Shown here piece by piece: positions 12,564-34,168 of a stretch of DNA of 64,000 nt. The notes below the pieces were generated by a model, which did no database searches, was not told the DNA's origin, and worked only from the letters and a program-made list of their open reading frames with translations. How positions within the stretch are numbered: the first letter of the stretch is position 1; the number at the start of each line of letters is the position of its first letter. The stretch comes from the human T2T-CHM13v2.0 reference genome, Homo sapiens, in assembly GCF_009914755.1 (NCBI RefSeq), contig NC_060929.1, one strand, 5' to 3'. Position numbers and translations under genes: made by a program.

Positions 12564-12926
12564 CAGATGGTCTCTGACATAACAATGGTTTGACTTAATG
12601 ATTTTTCGACTTTTCAGTGGTACAAAGACAGTATGCATTCAGTAGAAACTGTACTTCAAGTACCCATATGACCATTCTGTTTCTCACTTTCAGTATACTA
12701 CTCAATAAATCACATAAGATATTCAACACTTTATGACAAAATAGACTTTGTGTTAGATGATTTTGCCCAGTAGTAAACCAATGTAAGTTTTCTGAGCACA
12801 TTTAAGGCAGGCTAGGCTGAGCTATAATGTTCATTAGGTTAGGTGTATTAAATGCATTTTTGACTTAATATTTTCAACTTATGGGTATATCGAATTGTAA
12901 CCCCGTTGTAGGTCAAGGAGCATCTG
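12564..12926 (-). mobile_element. Tigger-family MITE (MER47A-like)
   Basis: Terminal inverted repeats cagatggtctctgac / gtcaaggagcatctg, about 363 bp, TA on left flank. Confidence 0.75.
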
Positions 12927-12937
12927 CATATATACAT

Positions 12938-12945
12938 ACATAGAT

Positions 12946-12992
<47 letters not shown>
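12938..12992. repeat. (GATA)n tetranucleotide STR
   Basis: About 11 perfect GATA units plus an imperfect lead-in. Confidence 0.95.
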
Positions 12993-13073
12993 TTAATTCT
13001 AAACTTTCCAAATACTCTTTCATTTAAATGATTATAGTTTTACAACAATTTCATATATTCTATAGGTAGGAGA

Positions 13074-13460
13074 ATTAGGGTTTTCCAGAGAAATAGAACC
13101 AATAGGATGTGTGTGTATATAAAGATTTACTTTCAAGAATTGGTTCACATGGTTGTGGGGGCAAGTCCAAACTTGTAGGGTGGGCCAGCAGACTGGAGAC
13201 CAGGGAAGGGAAGAGCTGATGAGTTCGAGTCCGAAAGCCATCACACTAAAGACCCAGGGAGATAACTGCCACTGCAGTTCAAGTTCAAAGGCTGTCTGCA
13301 TCAGAATTTCCCTTTGCTGGGGTAGGTGAGTCTTTCCATCTAGGACTTCAATTCATTGGATGAAACCCATTCACATTAGAGAAGGCAATCTGCTTTAAGT
13401 CCACTGATTTAAATGCTGATCTCACCCAAAAACATCCTCACAGAAACGTTCAGAATAACA
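13074..13460 (-). mobile_element. MLT2 (ERVL) LTR
   Basis: attagggttttccagagaaatagaaccaatagga terminus and caaaaacatcctcacagaaac motif. Confidence 0.75.
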
Positions 13461-14676
13461 CTATAAAGCAATTAGACCTAAAGAAATATGTAGCATACTC
13501 CACCCAAAGGAGAATACACCTTCTTAAGTGTACACAGAACATTGTGCAAAACAGACCAATGTTATGCCACAAATCTGGTCTCAATAAATTTTAAAAGTTG
13601 AAAAAGTATCTCGACTACAATGGAATGAAATTAAAAATCAACAACAAGAAAATCTGGAGAATTCACAAATACTATGTAGAAATAAAACAATACACTCTTT
13701 AAACAGCAGATGAATCAAAGAAGAAATCACTAGGGAAATATTTTGAAGATGAATTTTAAAATATTTTAAAATGAGTGAAAATGAAAACACAACAATAACA
13801 AAACTTGTTAAGTGTAGCGAAAGCAAAAGCCCTCAGTGGGGAATTTATATTTGGAGATGCCTACATTTTAAAAAAGAAAGCTCTCAAACTAATAACCTAA
13901 CTTTATACTTTGAGGAACTAAAACAAGAAGAGAAAACTAAAAAGCTAAATCCACGGCCAGCAGAAGGAAGAAAATAAGAGATGAGAACAAAAACAAATGA
14001 AATTGAGAACACGAAAACAATGGAATCTATGGAACCTAAAGTTTGTTCTTTGAAAAAATCAAAATTAATAAACTTTTAGCTAGACTGATCAAGGAAAAAG
14101 GAGAAAAGACTCAAATTACTAAAATAAGGAATGGAAGTAGGGACAATACTGTCAATCTTATAGAAGTAAAAGGGGTTATGAGAGAACGCTATAAACAATT
14201 ACAAATTATGTATACTAGATGACATAGTCAAATTCCTAGAATCAAACTACGAAAACTTATTCAAGAAGAAATAAAAAAAAACTCAATAGAGCTTTAAAAG
14301 AGGGAATCAAATCAGTAATCAAAAAAACTTTCAAAAAGAAAAGCTCAGGACCAGATGGTTGCACTAGTGAACTCTACCAAATACTTAAAAAAGAGCTTAT
14401 CTTTCTAAAACTAGTATGTCTCAATCTCTTCCAAAACATCAAAGGAGATTATTTCCTAACTAATTCTATGAGGAAAGTATTGTCCTAATTCCAAAGCCAA
14501 AGACATCAGAAGAAAACTACAAACCAATATCCCTTATGAATATAAATGCAAAAAATCTATAAAAAAAATACTAGCAAATTCAATCCAGCAGCATACTGAA
14601 TTATACACCATGACCAAGTGGGATTTGTCCCAGGAATGCAACGGTAAATTAAAACAGGAAAACCAATGTAATATAC

Positions 14677-15072
14677 TGTATTAGTTTCTGGTGAAATGAA
14701 TTACCACACATTGAATGGCTTAAAACAATAAAAATGTACTGTTTTATAGTTCTGGAGGCTAGAAGTCTGAAATCAAGTTGTTGGCATGGTCTTGCTCCCA
14801 CTGAAGGCAATAGAGAAGAAATATTTCCCTACTTTTGGTGGCTCCCAGCAATCTTTGGCATTCTTAGCCATCACTCCAATGTCTGGCTGTCTTCACACAG
14901 CCCACATCTCCATCTCTGTGTGTCCTCTCCTCTTCTTATAAGGACACCTTAACTAAGTATGATCTCATCTTGATCCCTAACTAATTATATCTGCAAAGAC
15001 CATACTCAAAATTAGGTCACATTCTGAGGTTCTGAGTGGATAAATTTTGGGGGGATAGTATTTGAACCAATA
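14677..15072 (-). mobile_element. MLT1 (MaLR) LTR inside L1
   Basis: tgtattagttt...gttctggaggctagaagtctgaaatcaag...ggtcacattctgagg. Confidence 0.75.
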
Positions 15073-15782
15073 CACACACCATAGTAACAGAACAAAGAGG
15101 GGGAAACACCCCTGACATGATTACCTCAATTGACACAGAAAAAGCATTTGAAAAAATCCAGTATATGTTTATGATTTTTAAAACACTCAACAAACTGGAA
15201 ATAGAAAGGAACTTCCAAACTAATTAAAGGGCATTAATGAAAAAAATAATGAAAGTATGAAAAAATCATACTGGTAAAAGACTGAAAGCTCTTCCCGTAA
15301 TATCAGGAACAAGAAAAGGATGTCTTATCTTGACACTTATATTCAACGTTGTACTGAAATTGATAGCCAAGTCAGTTAGACAAGAAAAAGAAACAAAAGG
15401 CATCCAAATCAAAAAAGAAGGAGTAAAAATATCTATATTCACAGATGACATCATCTTTCACATAGAAAATATTAAAGAATTCTCCAAAAATCTATTAGAG
15501 CTAATAAATGATTTCAGTAGTTGCAGTATACAAAATCAACATATAAAAATCTAGTTTTCTTACACACTAGCAATGAACAATTAGAAAATGAAATTAAGAA
15601 AATTATTTAAGCAGCACCAGAAAGAACAAGCTCTTAGGAATAAATTTAACCAAGGAAGTGAAACTTTAACACACTGAAAACTACCAAGTATTATTGAAAG
15701 AAGTTAAAGACCTAAATTAATGGAAAGATATCTCATGTACATGGATTGAAAGACTTAATATTGTTAAGATGGCAATACTTTC

Positions 15783-16130
15783 TGTCTTAGTCAGTTTGGA
15801 CTGCTGTAGCAAATTATTGTAGACCGGATAGCTTAAACAACTAACATTTCTTCTCACAGTTCTGAATGCTAGACAGTTCAAGATCAAGGTGCCAGCAGAT
15901 CCAGTACCTGCTGAGGGCTCACTTTCTGGTCTGCAAATGGCAGTTTTCTTGTATCTTCCACATGCTGAAGAGCAGAGACAGAGAATAAGTTTGTGTGTCT
16001 TTTTATAAGGGCACTAACCCCATTCATGAGGGTGGAGCCCTCATGATCTAATTACCTCCCAAAGGCCCCACTTCCTAATGCCATCACATTGGGAGTTCGT
16101 ATTTTGAAATATGAATTTTGGCAGGGGATA
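15783..16130 (-). mobile_element. MLT1A/MST-type MaLR LTR inside L1
   Basis: tgtcttagtcagtttggactgctg...ttttataagggcactaacccc. Confidence 0.75.
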
Positions 16131-16782
16131 CCCAAAGTGATCTACAGCTTCAATACAATTCCTATCAAAACCCCAATGAAAACGTGATTCTAAAATTTAT
16201 ACAAAATTGCAAGAGACCCCAATAGCCAAAACAATCTTGAAAAAAAAAAAAAAGAAACAGAGTTAGAGGACTTACATGTTCCTATTTAAAAACTTAGTAA
16301 AGAGACAAGAAACGAAACAGTGTGGAACTGGCATAAAGATAGACATAGATAATGGAATATAATTGAGAAATAAATGAGACTATAAGTAAATCAGAAATAA
16401 ACCTATACATGTATGATCAATTGATTTTTAACAATGGTAGCAAGACCATTTAATGGGGAGAGAAGAGTTTCTTCAACAAATGATGCTGGAACTACTTGAT
16501 AACCACATGCAAAAGAATGAAGTTAGACCCTTACATCACCTCATATGTAAGTATAAGTTCAAAATGAATCAAAGATCCAAATGTAAGAAGTAAACTATAA
16601 CACCCTTAATAGAAAACATAAGGCTAAATCTTTGTTACTTGGATTTCACTATGATTTCTTATATATAACATGAAAAGCACAAGCAACAAAAGAAAAAATA
16701 GGTAAAATGGTCTTCATCAAAATTAAAAACTTTTGTGCATCAAATGACACTATTTAGTGGGTAAAAAGATATCCCGCAGAAG

Positions 16783-18010
<1,228 letters not shown>

Positions 18011-18861
18011 TAAACCATAGCTACGGCAAACAAACACAGCCAAAACCCTAGCCAGATAAACAAAAACTCATCACTTCGTTTTACTCAATATATTAGGTTT
18101 GGCTTTCAAAAAAATTTACAAGGCATACCAAAAGGCAAAAACACACTGTAGAGAATCAAGCAGGAATCAGATGCAGACTCGAATATGACAGGAATTTTAG
18201 GTGATCAGGTCAGGAATTTAAAATAACTATGACTAATATGCCCAGAGCTGTAATGGAAACAGTGGACAGCAGTCAAGTATGGATGGGTAATGTAAACCAA
18301 GAGAGAGAAACTCTAAGAAAGAATCAAGAGGAAATGCTAGAAATCGAAAACACTGTAGCAGAAATGAAGAATGCTTTTGATGATTGTTTTTGATGATCAA
18401 AGGACTGGGCATGGCCAAGGAAGGAATCTTCAAGTAAGCTTGAAGATATGTTAATAGAAACTTTTCAGACTGAAAAGAGAAGAACAAATTTAAAAAAAAA
18501 AGAATATCCAAAAACTGTGAAGCAATTACAAAAGGTCTACATTTCATTACATGTAATAGGATTAGTAAAAGAAGAAGAGAGAGGAAAAGGAACAGAAAAA
18601 ATATTTAAAATAATAATGGCTAAAATTTTTCCAAAATTAACAGCAGATACCAAACTACAGATCTTAGAAGCTCAAAACAACACCAAGAAGGATAAATACT
18701 AAAAAATCTACAACTGCATGTAGGTTTATCATATTCAAACTTCAAAAAATCAAAGACAAAAAAAAATCTTAAAAGAAGCCTGAGGGGGGGGAAAATACCT
18801 TACTTAGAGACAAATGAAGATAAGAATTCTATCAGACTTCTATTCAGAAACCATGAAAAGA

Positions 18862-21527
18862 CTTGCTTTAGATATGCGGGCTCTTTTTTGGTTCCATGTG
18901 AATTTTAGAATTGTTTTTTCTAATTCCATTAAGAATGATGGTGGTATTTTGATGAGAATTGTATTCAATTTGTAGACTGCTTGTGGCTATATGATCATTT
19001 TCACGATATTGATGCTACCCAACCATGAGCATGTGATGTGTTTCCATTTGTTTGTGTCATCTATGATTTCTTTCAGCAGTGTTTTGTGGTTTTCTTTATA
19101 GAGATTTTTCACCTCCTTGGTTAGGTATATTCCTAAGTTGTTCTTCTTTTTCTTTTTTCTTTTTTTTTTTCAGTTATTGTAAAAGGAATTGAGTTCTTGA
19201 TTTGATTCTCAGCTTGGTCCCTGTTGGTATATAGAACAGCTACTGATTTGTGTACATTAATTTTGTATCTGGAAACTTTGCTGAATTTTTTTTATCAGTT
19301 CTAGGAGGTTTCTGGAGGAGTTTTTAGGGTTTTCTAAGTAAAAAAAATCACATCATCAGCAAACAGTGAGTTTGACTTCCTCTTTACTGATTTGGATGCC
19401 CTTTATTTCTTTCTCTTGTCTGATTGCTCTGGCTAGGACTTCCAATACTATGTTGAAGAGGAGTGGTGAGAGTGGGCATCCTTGTCTTGGTCCAGTTCTC
19501 AGAGGGGATGATTTCAACTTTCAGTATTATGTTGGCTGTAGGTTTGTCATAGATGGCTTTTATTACATTGAGGTCTGTCCCTTGTATGCTGATTTTACTG
19601 AGAATTTTTATCATAAAGTGATGCTGGATTACGTAAAATGCTTTTTCTGCATCTATTGAGATGATCGTCTATTTTTGTTTTTAATTCTGCTTATGTGGTG
19701 TATCACATTTACTGACCTGCGTATGTTAAACCATCCCTGGTATGAAACCTACTGGATCATGGTGGATTTTCTTTTTGATATGTTGTTGGATTCAGTTAGC
19801 TACTATTTTGTTAAGGATTTCAGCATCTATGTTCATCAGGGATATTGGACTCTAGTTTTCTCTTTTGCTTATGTCCTTTCCTGGTTTTGGTATTAGGGTC
19901 ATACTAGCTTCATAGAATGATTTAGTGAGGGTTCCCTTTTTCTCTATCTTGTGAATAGTGTCAATAGGACTGGTACCAGTTCTTTGAATGTCTGGTAGAA
20001 TTCAGCTGTGAATTGTCTGGTCCTGGATTTTTTCTTGGTAGTAATTTTTAATTATCATTTTAATCTTACTGCTTGTTATTGGTCTGCCCAGCATATCTAA
20101 TTTTTCCTGATTTAGGCTAGGAGGGTTGTATCTTTCCAGGAATTTATCCATCACTTCTAGGTTTTCTAGTTTATGTGCGTAAAGGTGTTGATAGTAGCCG
20201 TAAATAATCTTTTGTATTTCTGAAGTGTCCATTGTAATATCTCCTGTTTCATCTCTTATTGAGCTTATTTTTATTTTCTCTCTTCTTTTCTTGGTTAATC
20301 TTGCTAATGGTCTATCAGTTTTATTTATGTTTTCAAAGAACCAGCTTTTTGTTTCATTTATCTTTTGTATTTGTTTGTTTCAATTTCATTTAGTTTTGCC
20401 CTGATCTTGGTTATTTCCTTTCTTCTGCTGGTTTTGTGTTTGGTTTGTTCTTGTTTCCCTGGTTCCTTGAGGTGTGACATTAGATGGTGTGTTTGTGCTC
20501 TTTCAGACTTTTTGATGTAGGTGTTTAGGGCTATGAACTTTCCTCTTGGCACTGCCTTTGCTGTATCCCAGAGGTTTTGATAGGTTGTGTCATTATTGTC
20601 GTTTGGTTTGAAGAATTTTTAAATTTCCATCTTGATTTCATTTTTGACCCAATGATCATTCAGGATCAGGTTATTTAATTTCTATGTATTTGCATGGTTT
20701 TGAAGGTTCCTTTTGGAGTTGATTTCCAGATTTATTCCACTGTGGTCTAAGAGAGTGCTTGATATAATTTCAGCTTCCCCTGGAGGCATCACATTACATG
20801 ATTTCAAACTACACTATAATGCCATAATCACCAAAACAGCATGATACTGGTATAAAAATAGGCATGTAGACAAATGGGACAGAATAGAGAACCCAGAAAT
20901 AAACCCAAATACTTACAACCCACTGAACTTTGACAAAGCAAACAAAAACATAAAGAGAGGAAAAACACCCTTTTCAACAAATGATGCTGGGATAATTGGC
21001 TAGCCACATGTAGGAGAATGAAACTGGATCCTCATCTCTCCCGTAATACATACATATATATATATATATGTATATATGTGTACATATATGTAATACATAT
21101 ATGTATGTATTATATACATATATATGTATTATATACACATCATATATATATATATATATATATGATAGAATACTAGTCATCCATAAAAAGGAATGAATTA
21201 ATGGCATTTGCAGCGACCTTGACAAGACTGGAGACTATTATTCTAAGTGAAGTAACTCAGGAATGGAAAACCAAACATCATATGTTCCCACTCATAAGTG
21301 GGAGCTAAACTATGAGCATGCAAAGGCATAAGAATGACACAATATACTTTGGGGACTCAGGGGGAAGGGGTGGGAAGGGAGTGAGGGATAAAAGACTAAA
21401 ACAGGGTGCAGTGTGTAGTGCTCAGGTGATGGGTGCACCAAAATCTCACAAATCCCCACTAAAGAACCTACTCATGTAACCAAACACCACCTGTTCCCCA
21501 AAAACCTATGGAAATAATTTAAAAAAA
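18862..21527 (+). mobile_element. 5'-inverted L1MA-type insertion (minus 18862-20775, plus 20780-21527)
   Basis: Strand switch near 20778, L1MA 3' end ccacctgttccccaaaaacctatggaaataa, degenerate TSD. Confidence 0.85.
21046..21162. repeat. (TA)n-rich compound microsatellite
   Basis: Read directly. Confidence 0.9.
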
Positions 21528-21997
21528 AGAAACTATGCAAAGAAACAGAAGAGTGGCATAAAATGAAGTCTTGAAAAAAATATAGAATTCTGCACCCTGT
21601 GAAATTATCCTTTAAAAGTGAAGGAGAAATACTTTCTTAGAAAAACAAAAAATGAAGGAATGTATCACAGTAAAAATGCTTTACAAGAAATATTCATAAA
21701 AGTTCTTCAGAGAGAAGAAAAATGATATAGGTCAGAAACTTGGTTTTACATAAAGAAAGAACTTTAGACAAGGAAAGAATGAAGATAAAACTTTTTTTCT
21801 TATTTTAATTGATCTAACAGATAATAGTTTGCTCATAATAATAATAGCAACAAAATGTATTGGGTGATTATAGCCTATAGGTAAGTAAAATTAATGAAAG
21901 CAATGTAATAAAGGATGAGAGAGGGGAACTGAGAATATTCTGTTATAAAGTACCTGCCTTACCTGTTAAGTGCTATAGTGTTATTTGAAAGTGGACT

Positions 21998-22333
<336 letters not shown>

Positions 22334-22891
22334 TTAGTTGTAAATATATATTGCAAACTATAGGGTAACCACTAATATTTTTTAAAGTTTAATTTGATAA
22401 TCTAAGATGACAGGAGAGAAATTAAAATCATACAAAATGCTCAGTTAAAACAAGAGAAGGCAGGAAAATAATGGAAGACAAAAAGGAAACAAAGAACAAG
22501 GGTGATGAATAAAAAACAACTACAAATATGGTAAGTATTCATCCAACAATATCAAAATCACTTTAAATGTGAATGGTTAAAATGCAATTCAAAGACAGCC
22601 TGTTGGAGTAGATAAAAAGCTGATACCCAACTGTTTGTTGTCTGCAAGAATCCCAGTTTAAAGACACAGATAAATTAAAAGTGTTGAAATATGTGAGGTA
22701 AAAACTAAGTGAATGTCAAGGAGAAATACACAAATCCATTTTTATAGTTGGAGACTTCAACAGCCCTCCATCATTAATTGATAGATGCTTCAGTAGTCAA
22801 AAAAAATCAGTAAGGATATAGTTGAACTGAACAGCATCATCAATCAACTGGATCTAATTGACATTTATAGAACAACAGCAGAATACACATT

Positions 22892-23257
22892 TGATATGGT
22901 TTGTTCCTGTGTCCACACCCAAATCTCATCTTGAACTGTCATCCCCAAGTATCAAGGGAGGGACAAGGTGGGTGGTGACTGGATCATGGGGGTGATTTCT
23001 CATATGCTGTTCTCATGATAATGAATGAGTCCTCATGAGATGCTATGGTTTTATAAGTGTTTGGAAGTTCCTCCTTCACTCTTCTCCCTCTCCTGCTGCC
23101 TTGTAAAGAAGGTGCCTGCTTCCCTTTCCATCATGATTACAAGTTTCCTGAGATCTCCCCAGCCATGCGGAACTGTGAGTCAATTAAATCTCTTTCCTTT
23201 ATAAATTACCAAGCCTTGGGTAATATCTTTATAGGAATGTGAAAATGGACTAATACA
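22892..23257 (+). mobile_element. MSTA/MSTB MaLR solo LTR
   Basis: tgatatggtttg...aatggactaataca termini; acatt/acaat 5-bp flanks. Confidence 0.85.
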
Positions 23258-24834
23258 ACAATCTTTTCAAGTTCACATGGAACATTCACCTTAATAGACC
23301 ATTTTTGAGGCCATAAACACACATTAACAAATCTAAATGAATAGAAATCATACAAAGCATGCTCTCAGATCATGATGAAATTAAGCTAGAAATCAATAAC
23401 AGAAAGATAGCTGGAAATATCTCCAAATTAAACAACATACTTTTAAATAACACGAGTTTAAGAAGTCTTAAGAGACATTTAAAAATTGTTTAAGCTAAAT
23501 GGAAATGAAAACACAATTGATCTAAATCGAGGGATGCAATGCAGGAAGTGCTTCAAGGGAAATTTCTCACATTAAAAGCATATATTAGAACATTCAGGAG
23601 ATCTAAAAGTCAATGCTCTAAGTTTCCACCTTAGGAAACCAGAAAAAAATAGCAAATTATATCCAAAGTAAGGAGAGGAAAATCAATAATAAATAGAGCA
23701 GAAATCAGTGAAGTTAAGAACAGGAAATAAGTAGAGAAAACCAATGAAACAAAAAGCTGCTTATTTGACAGGATCAATAAATTAATAAACTTCTAGCCAG
23801 GCTAACTGAGAAAAAAAAGGGAGAAGATATAAATTATTAGTACTAGAAATAAAAGAAGGGTTATCACCACTGATCCCACGGCCATTGAAAGGATAATAAA
23901 AGAATATCACAAACAACTCTATGCCCACAAATCTGAAAACTTAGATAAAACGGACCTATTCCTTGAAAGACACAACCTACCAAAATTCACATGAGGAAAA
24001 ATGGATAATCTGAGAAGGCCTATACCTGTTAAATAAAATGATCAGTAATTAATCACCTTCCAAAACAGGAAGCACCAAACATTTGGTAGAATTCAAACAG
24101 TTGAATTCTACCAAACATTTAAATGGAATGTATCTCAATTCTCTGCAATCATTTTTAGAGAATGGAAGCAGGCAGAGCACTTCCTAACTCATTCTACATG
24201 GTCAGCATTACCTCAATACCAAAACCAGACAAAAACCTTACCAAAAAAAATACTATAGACCAATCTTTCTCATGAACAAAGATGCAAAACTTTTCAACAA
24301 AGTATGAGAAAAATGAACCCAACAATGTACAAAAAGAACTATATGTCATGACCAAATGTGATTTACTCTAGGTATGCGAGGCTGGTCCAACATTCAAAAA
24401 TCAGTTAATCCATCACATCAACAGACTAAAGCAAAAAAAAATTACATGATAATATCAATAGATGCAGAAAAAGTATTTGACAAAATCTAACACCAATTTA
24501 TGACAAAAACTCTCAGCAAACCAGGAATAGAGAGAGACTTTCCAAACTTGCAAAAGGACATCAACAAAATACCTACTGCTAACACCATGCTTAATGGTGA
24601 GAAACTTGGCACATTCCTACAACCACTATGGAAAACAGTGTGGAGATCCCTTAAAGAATTAAAAGTAGAACTACCATTTGATCCAGCAATCCTGCTACTG
24701 GGTATCTACCCAGAGGAATAGAAGTCATTATATGAAAAAGATACTTGCACACACATGTTTACAGCAGCACAATTTGCAATTTCAAAAACATTGAACCAAC
24801 CCAAATGCCCATCAATCAATGAGTGGATAAAGAA

Positions 24835-25078
24835 ACTGTGAGATATATATATATGTATCTCACTCAACTGTGAGATACATATATATATATGTATCTCACT
24901 CAACTGTGAGAGAGATATATATGTATGTATCTCACTCAACTGTGAGAGAGATATATATGTATCTCACTCAACTGTGAGATATATATATATATATCTCACT
25001 CAACTGTGAGAGAGATACATATATATATATCTAACTCAACTGTGAGATATATATATATATATATCTCACTCAACTGTG
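24835..25078. repeat. Minisatellite, 7 units of about 32-38 bp: actgtgag(ag)n(at)n-ctcactca
   Basis: Units counted directly. Confidence 0.92.
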
Positions 25079-25597
25079 AAACTTTGTGCTTTCCTCCTGA
25101 TTAGAAACTTGGCAAGGATACCCCCTCTCACTACTCCTATTGAACATTGTACTAGAAGTTCTAGCTCATGCAGTAAGACAAAAAAAAAAAGGGGAAATAA
25201 AGATAAACAGGCATGCAGTCTTGAAATAAGTAAATAAAACTGTCTCTTTTTTTCAAATAGCATCATTGCGTATGTAGAAAATCCCAAATAATCAACAACA
25301 AAAAGCACCCTGCTAGAACTAATAAGAAATTATAACAAGTTTGTAGGATACAAGGTTAATGTAGGATACAAGGTTAATGTGCAAAAGTCCACTGCTTTCC
25401 TATCTACTATTACAACAATACAAAAGTATAACTTAAAATTTAAGACATGATACCATTTACACTATCAACCCCCCAAAATGAAATTGTTATAACAAAATAT
25501 GTACAATATCTATGTGAGACAAACTACAACACTCTGAAGAAGGAAGTCAAAAAAGATCTAAATAAATGAAGAAACATTCCGTAATTATGGTTAGAAA

Positions 25598-26700
25598 TGT
25601 TGCGGGAAGTCAGGAACCCCCAGTGGAGGGACCGGCTGAAGCCACGGCAGAAGAACATGAATTGTGAAGATCTCGTGGACATTTATTAGTTCCCCAAATT
25701 AACACTTTTATAATTTCTTACGCCTGTCTTTACTGCAATCTCTGAACATAAATTGTGAAGATTTCATGGACACTTATCACTTCCCCAGTCAATACCCTTG
25801 TGATTTCCTATGCCTGTCTTTACTCTAATCTCTTAATCCTGTCATCTTCGTAAGCTGAGGAGGATGTATGTCACCTCAGGATCCAGTGATGATTGCATTA
25901 ACTGCACAAATTGTTTGTAGAGCATGTGTGTTTGAACAATATGGAAACTGGGCACCTTGAAAAAAGAACAGGATAACAGCAATGTTCAAGGAACAAGAGA
26001 GATAACCTTAAACTCTGACCATCAGTGAGCCAGGCAGAACAGAGCCATATTTCTCTTCTTTCAAAAGCAAATGGGAGAAATATCACTGAATTCTTTTTCT
26101 CAGCAAGGAACATCCCTGAGAAAGAGAATGCGTCCCTGAGGGTAGGCCTCTAAAATGGCTGCTTTGAGGGTGGCTGTCTTTTACAATCAAAGCTGTAGGG
26201 ATGAAATAAGCCCCAGTCTCCCGTAGTGCTCCCAGGCTTAATAGGATGAGGAAATTCCCGCCTAATAAATTTTGGTCAGACTGGTTGTCTGCTCTCAAAC
26301 CCTGTCTCCTGATAAGATGTTATCAATGACAATGCATGCCCGAAACTTCATTAGCAATTTTAATTTTGCCCTGGTCCTGTGATCTCGCCTTGCCTCCATT
26401 TACCTTGTGATATTCTATTACCTTGTGAAGCACATGATCTCTGTGACCCACACCCTATTCGTACACTCCCTCCCCTTTTGAAAATCACTAATAAAAACTT
26501 GCTGGTTTTATGGCTCAGGGGCATCACGGAACCTGCCGACATGTGATGTCTCCCCCAGACACCCAGCTTTAAAATTTCTCTCTTTTGTACTCTGTCCCTT
26601 TATTTCTCAGACCGGGTGACACTTATGGAAAATAGAAAAGAACCTACATGAAATATCGGGGGTGAATTTTGCCTGATATCTGGCTGAATTTCCCCTGATA
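25598..26700 (+). mobile_element. MER11 (HERV-K HML-8) solo LTR with perfect 6-bp TSD tagaaa
   Basis: tgttgcgggaagtcagg start, aatttcccctgata end, internal AATAAA; TSD 25592-25597 and 26701-26706. Confidence 0.9.
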
Positions 26701-27395
26701 TAGAAAGACTCAATACAGTTAAGATATCAGTTCTTCCTGAGTTGAGCTTTAGATTCAATGCAATCCAAATCAAAATTCTAGCAGGCTGTTTGATGGATGT
26801 CAATAAATTAGTTATAAGGTTTATATGGCAATGTAGATGACAAAGAATAGCCAAGACAATATGGGAGAAGAAGGACAGTCGGAGGATCGATACTACCCAA
26901 CTTCAAGGTTTAATATAAAGCTGCAGTAATCAGTACAGTGTGGTGTTGGTGAAAGAATAGACAAATCGATGAATGAACAGATTAGAGAGCCCAGAAATAG
27001 ACCCACACAAAGTCAACTGATCTTTGATGAAGGAGCAAAGGCAATTCAATAGTGATAGGATAGTCTTTTCAACAAGTGGTGCTGGATCAATTGCATATCC
27101 ACAAGTAAAACAAAACAAAACAAAATGAATCTAGACATAGACCTCATATGTTTCATGAAAAAATAACTCAAAGTGGATCTTAGACCTAAACATCAAATAT
27201 ACAACTATAAAATTTCTAGAAGATACTACAGTGGCCTGATGGCCATCATAAATCTTATAGACATAAAATGTCTCCTATAATGTATTACTTTAGGGTCTTG
27301 TAAGACAAAAAAGAACCAAAATATCAGAGGACTCAGAACTCCTCTCCCATGTCCCCAGCCATAGACAACAAAAATTATTTATTAAAGATTGTGCT

Positions 27396-34168
<6,773 letters not shown>

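Larger units (their letters stand above)
13462..16780 (+). mobile_element. Old L1 (L1M) ORF2 remnant interrupted by two MaLR LTRs
   Basis: Decayed ORF2 motifs (ggaccagatggt; RQEKETKGIQI...IFTDD in ORF 15330..15554). Confidence 0.8.

Noticed and set aside
24835-25078. CRISPR-like repeat-spacer array
   Set aside because: The apparent spacers are only (AT)n variants, the context is eukaryotic and there are no cas genes
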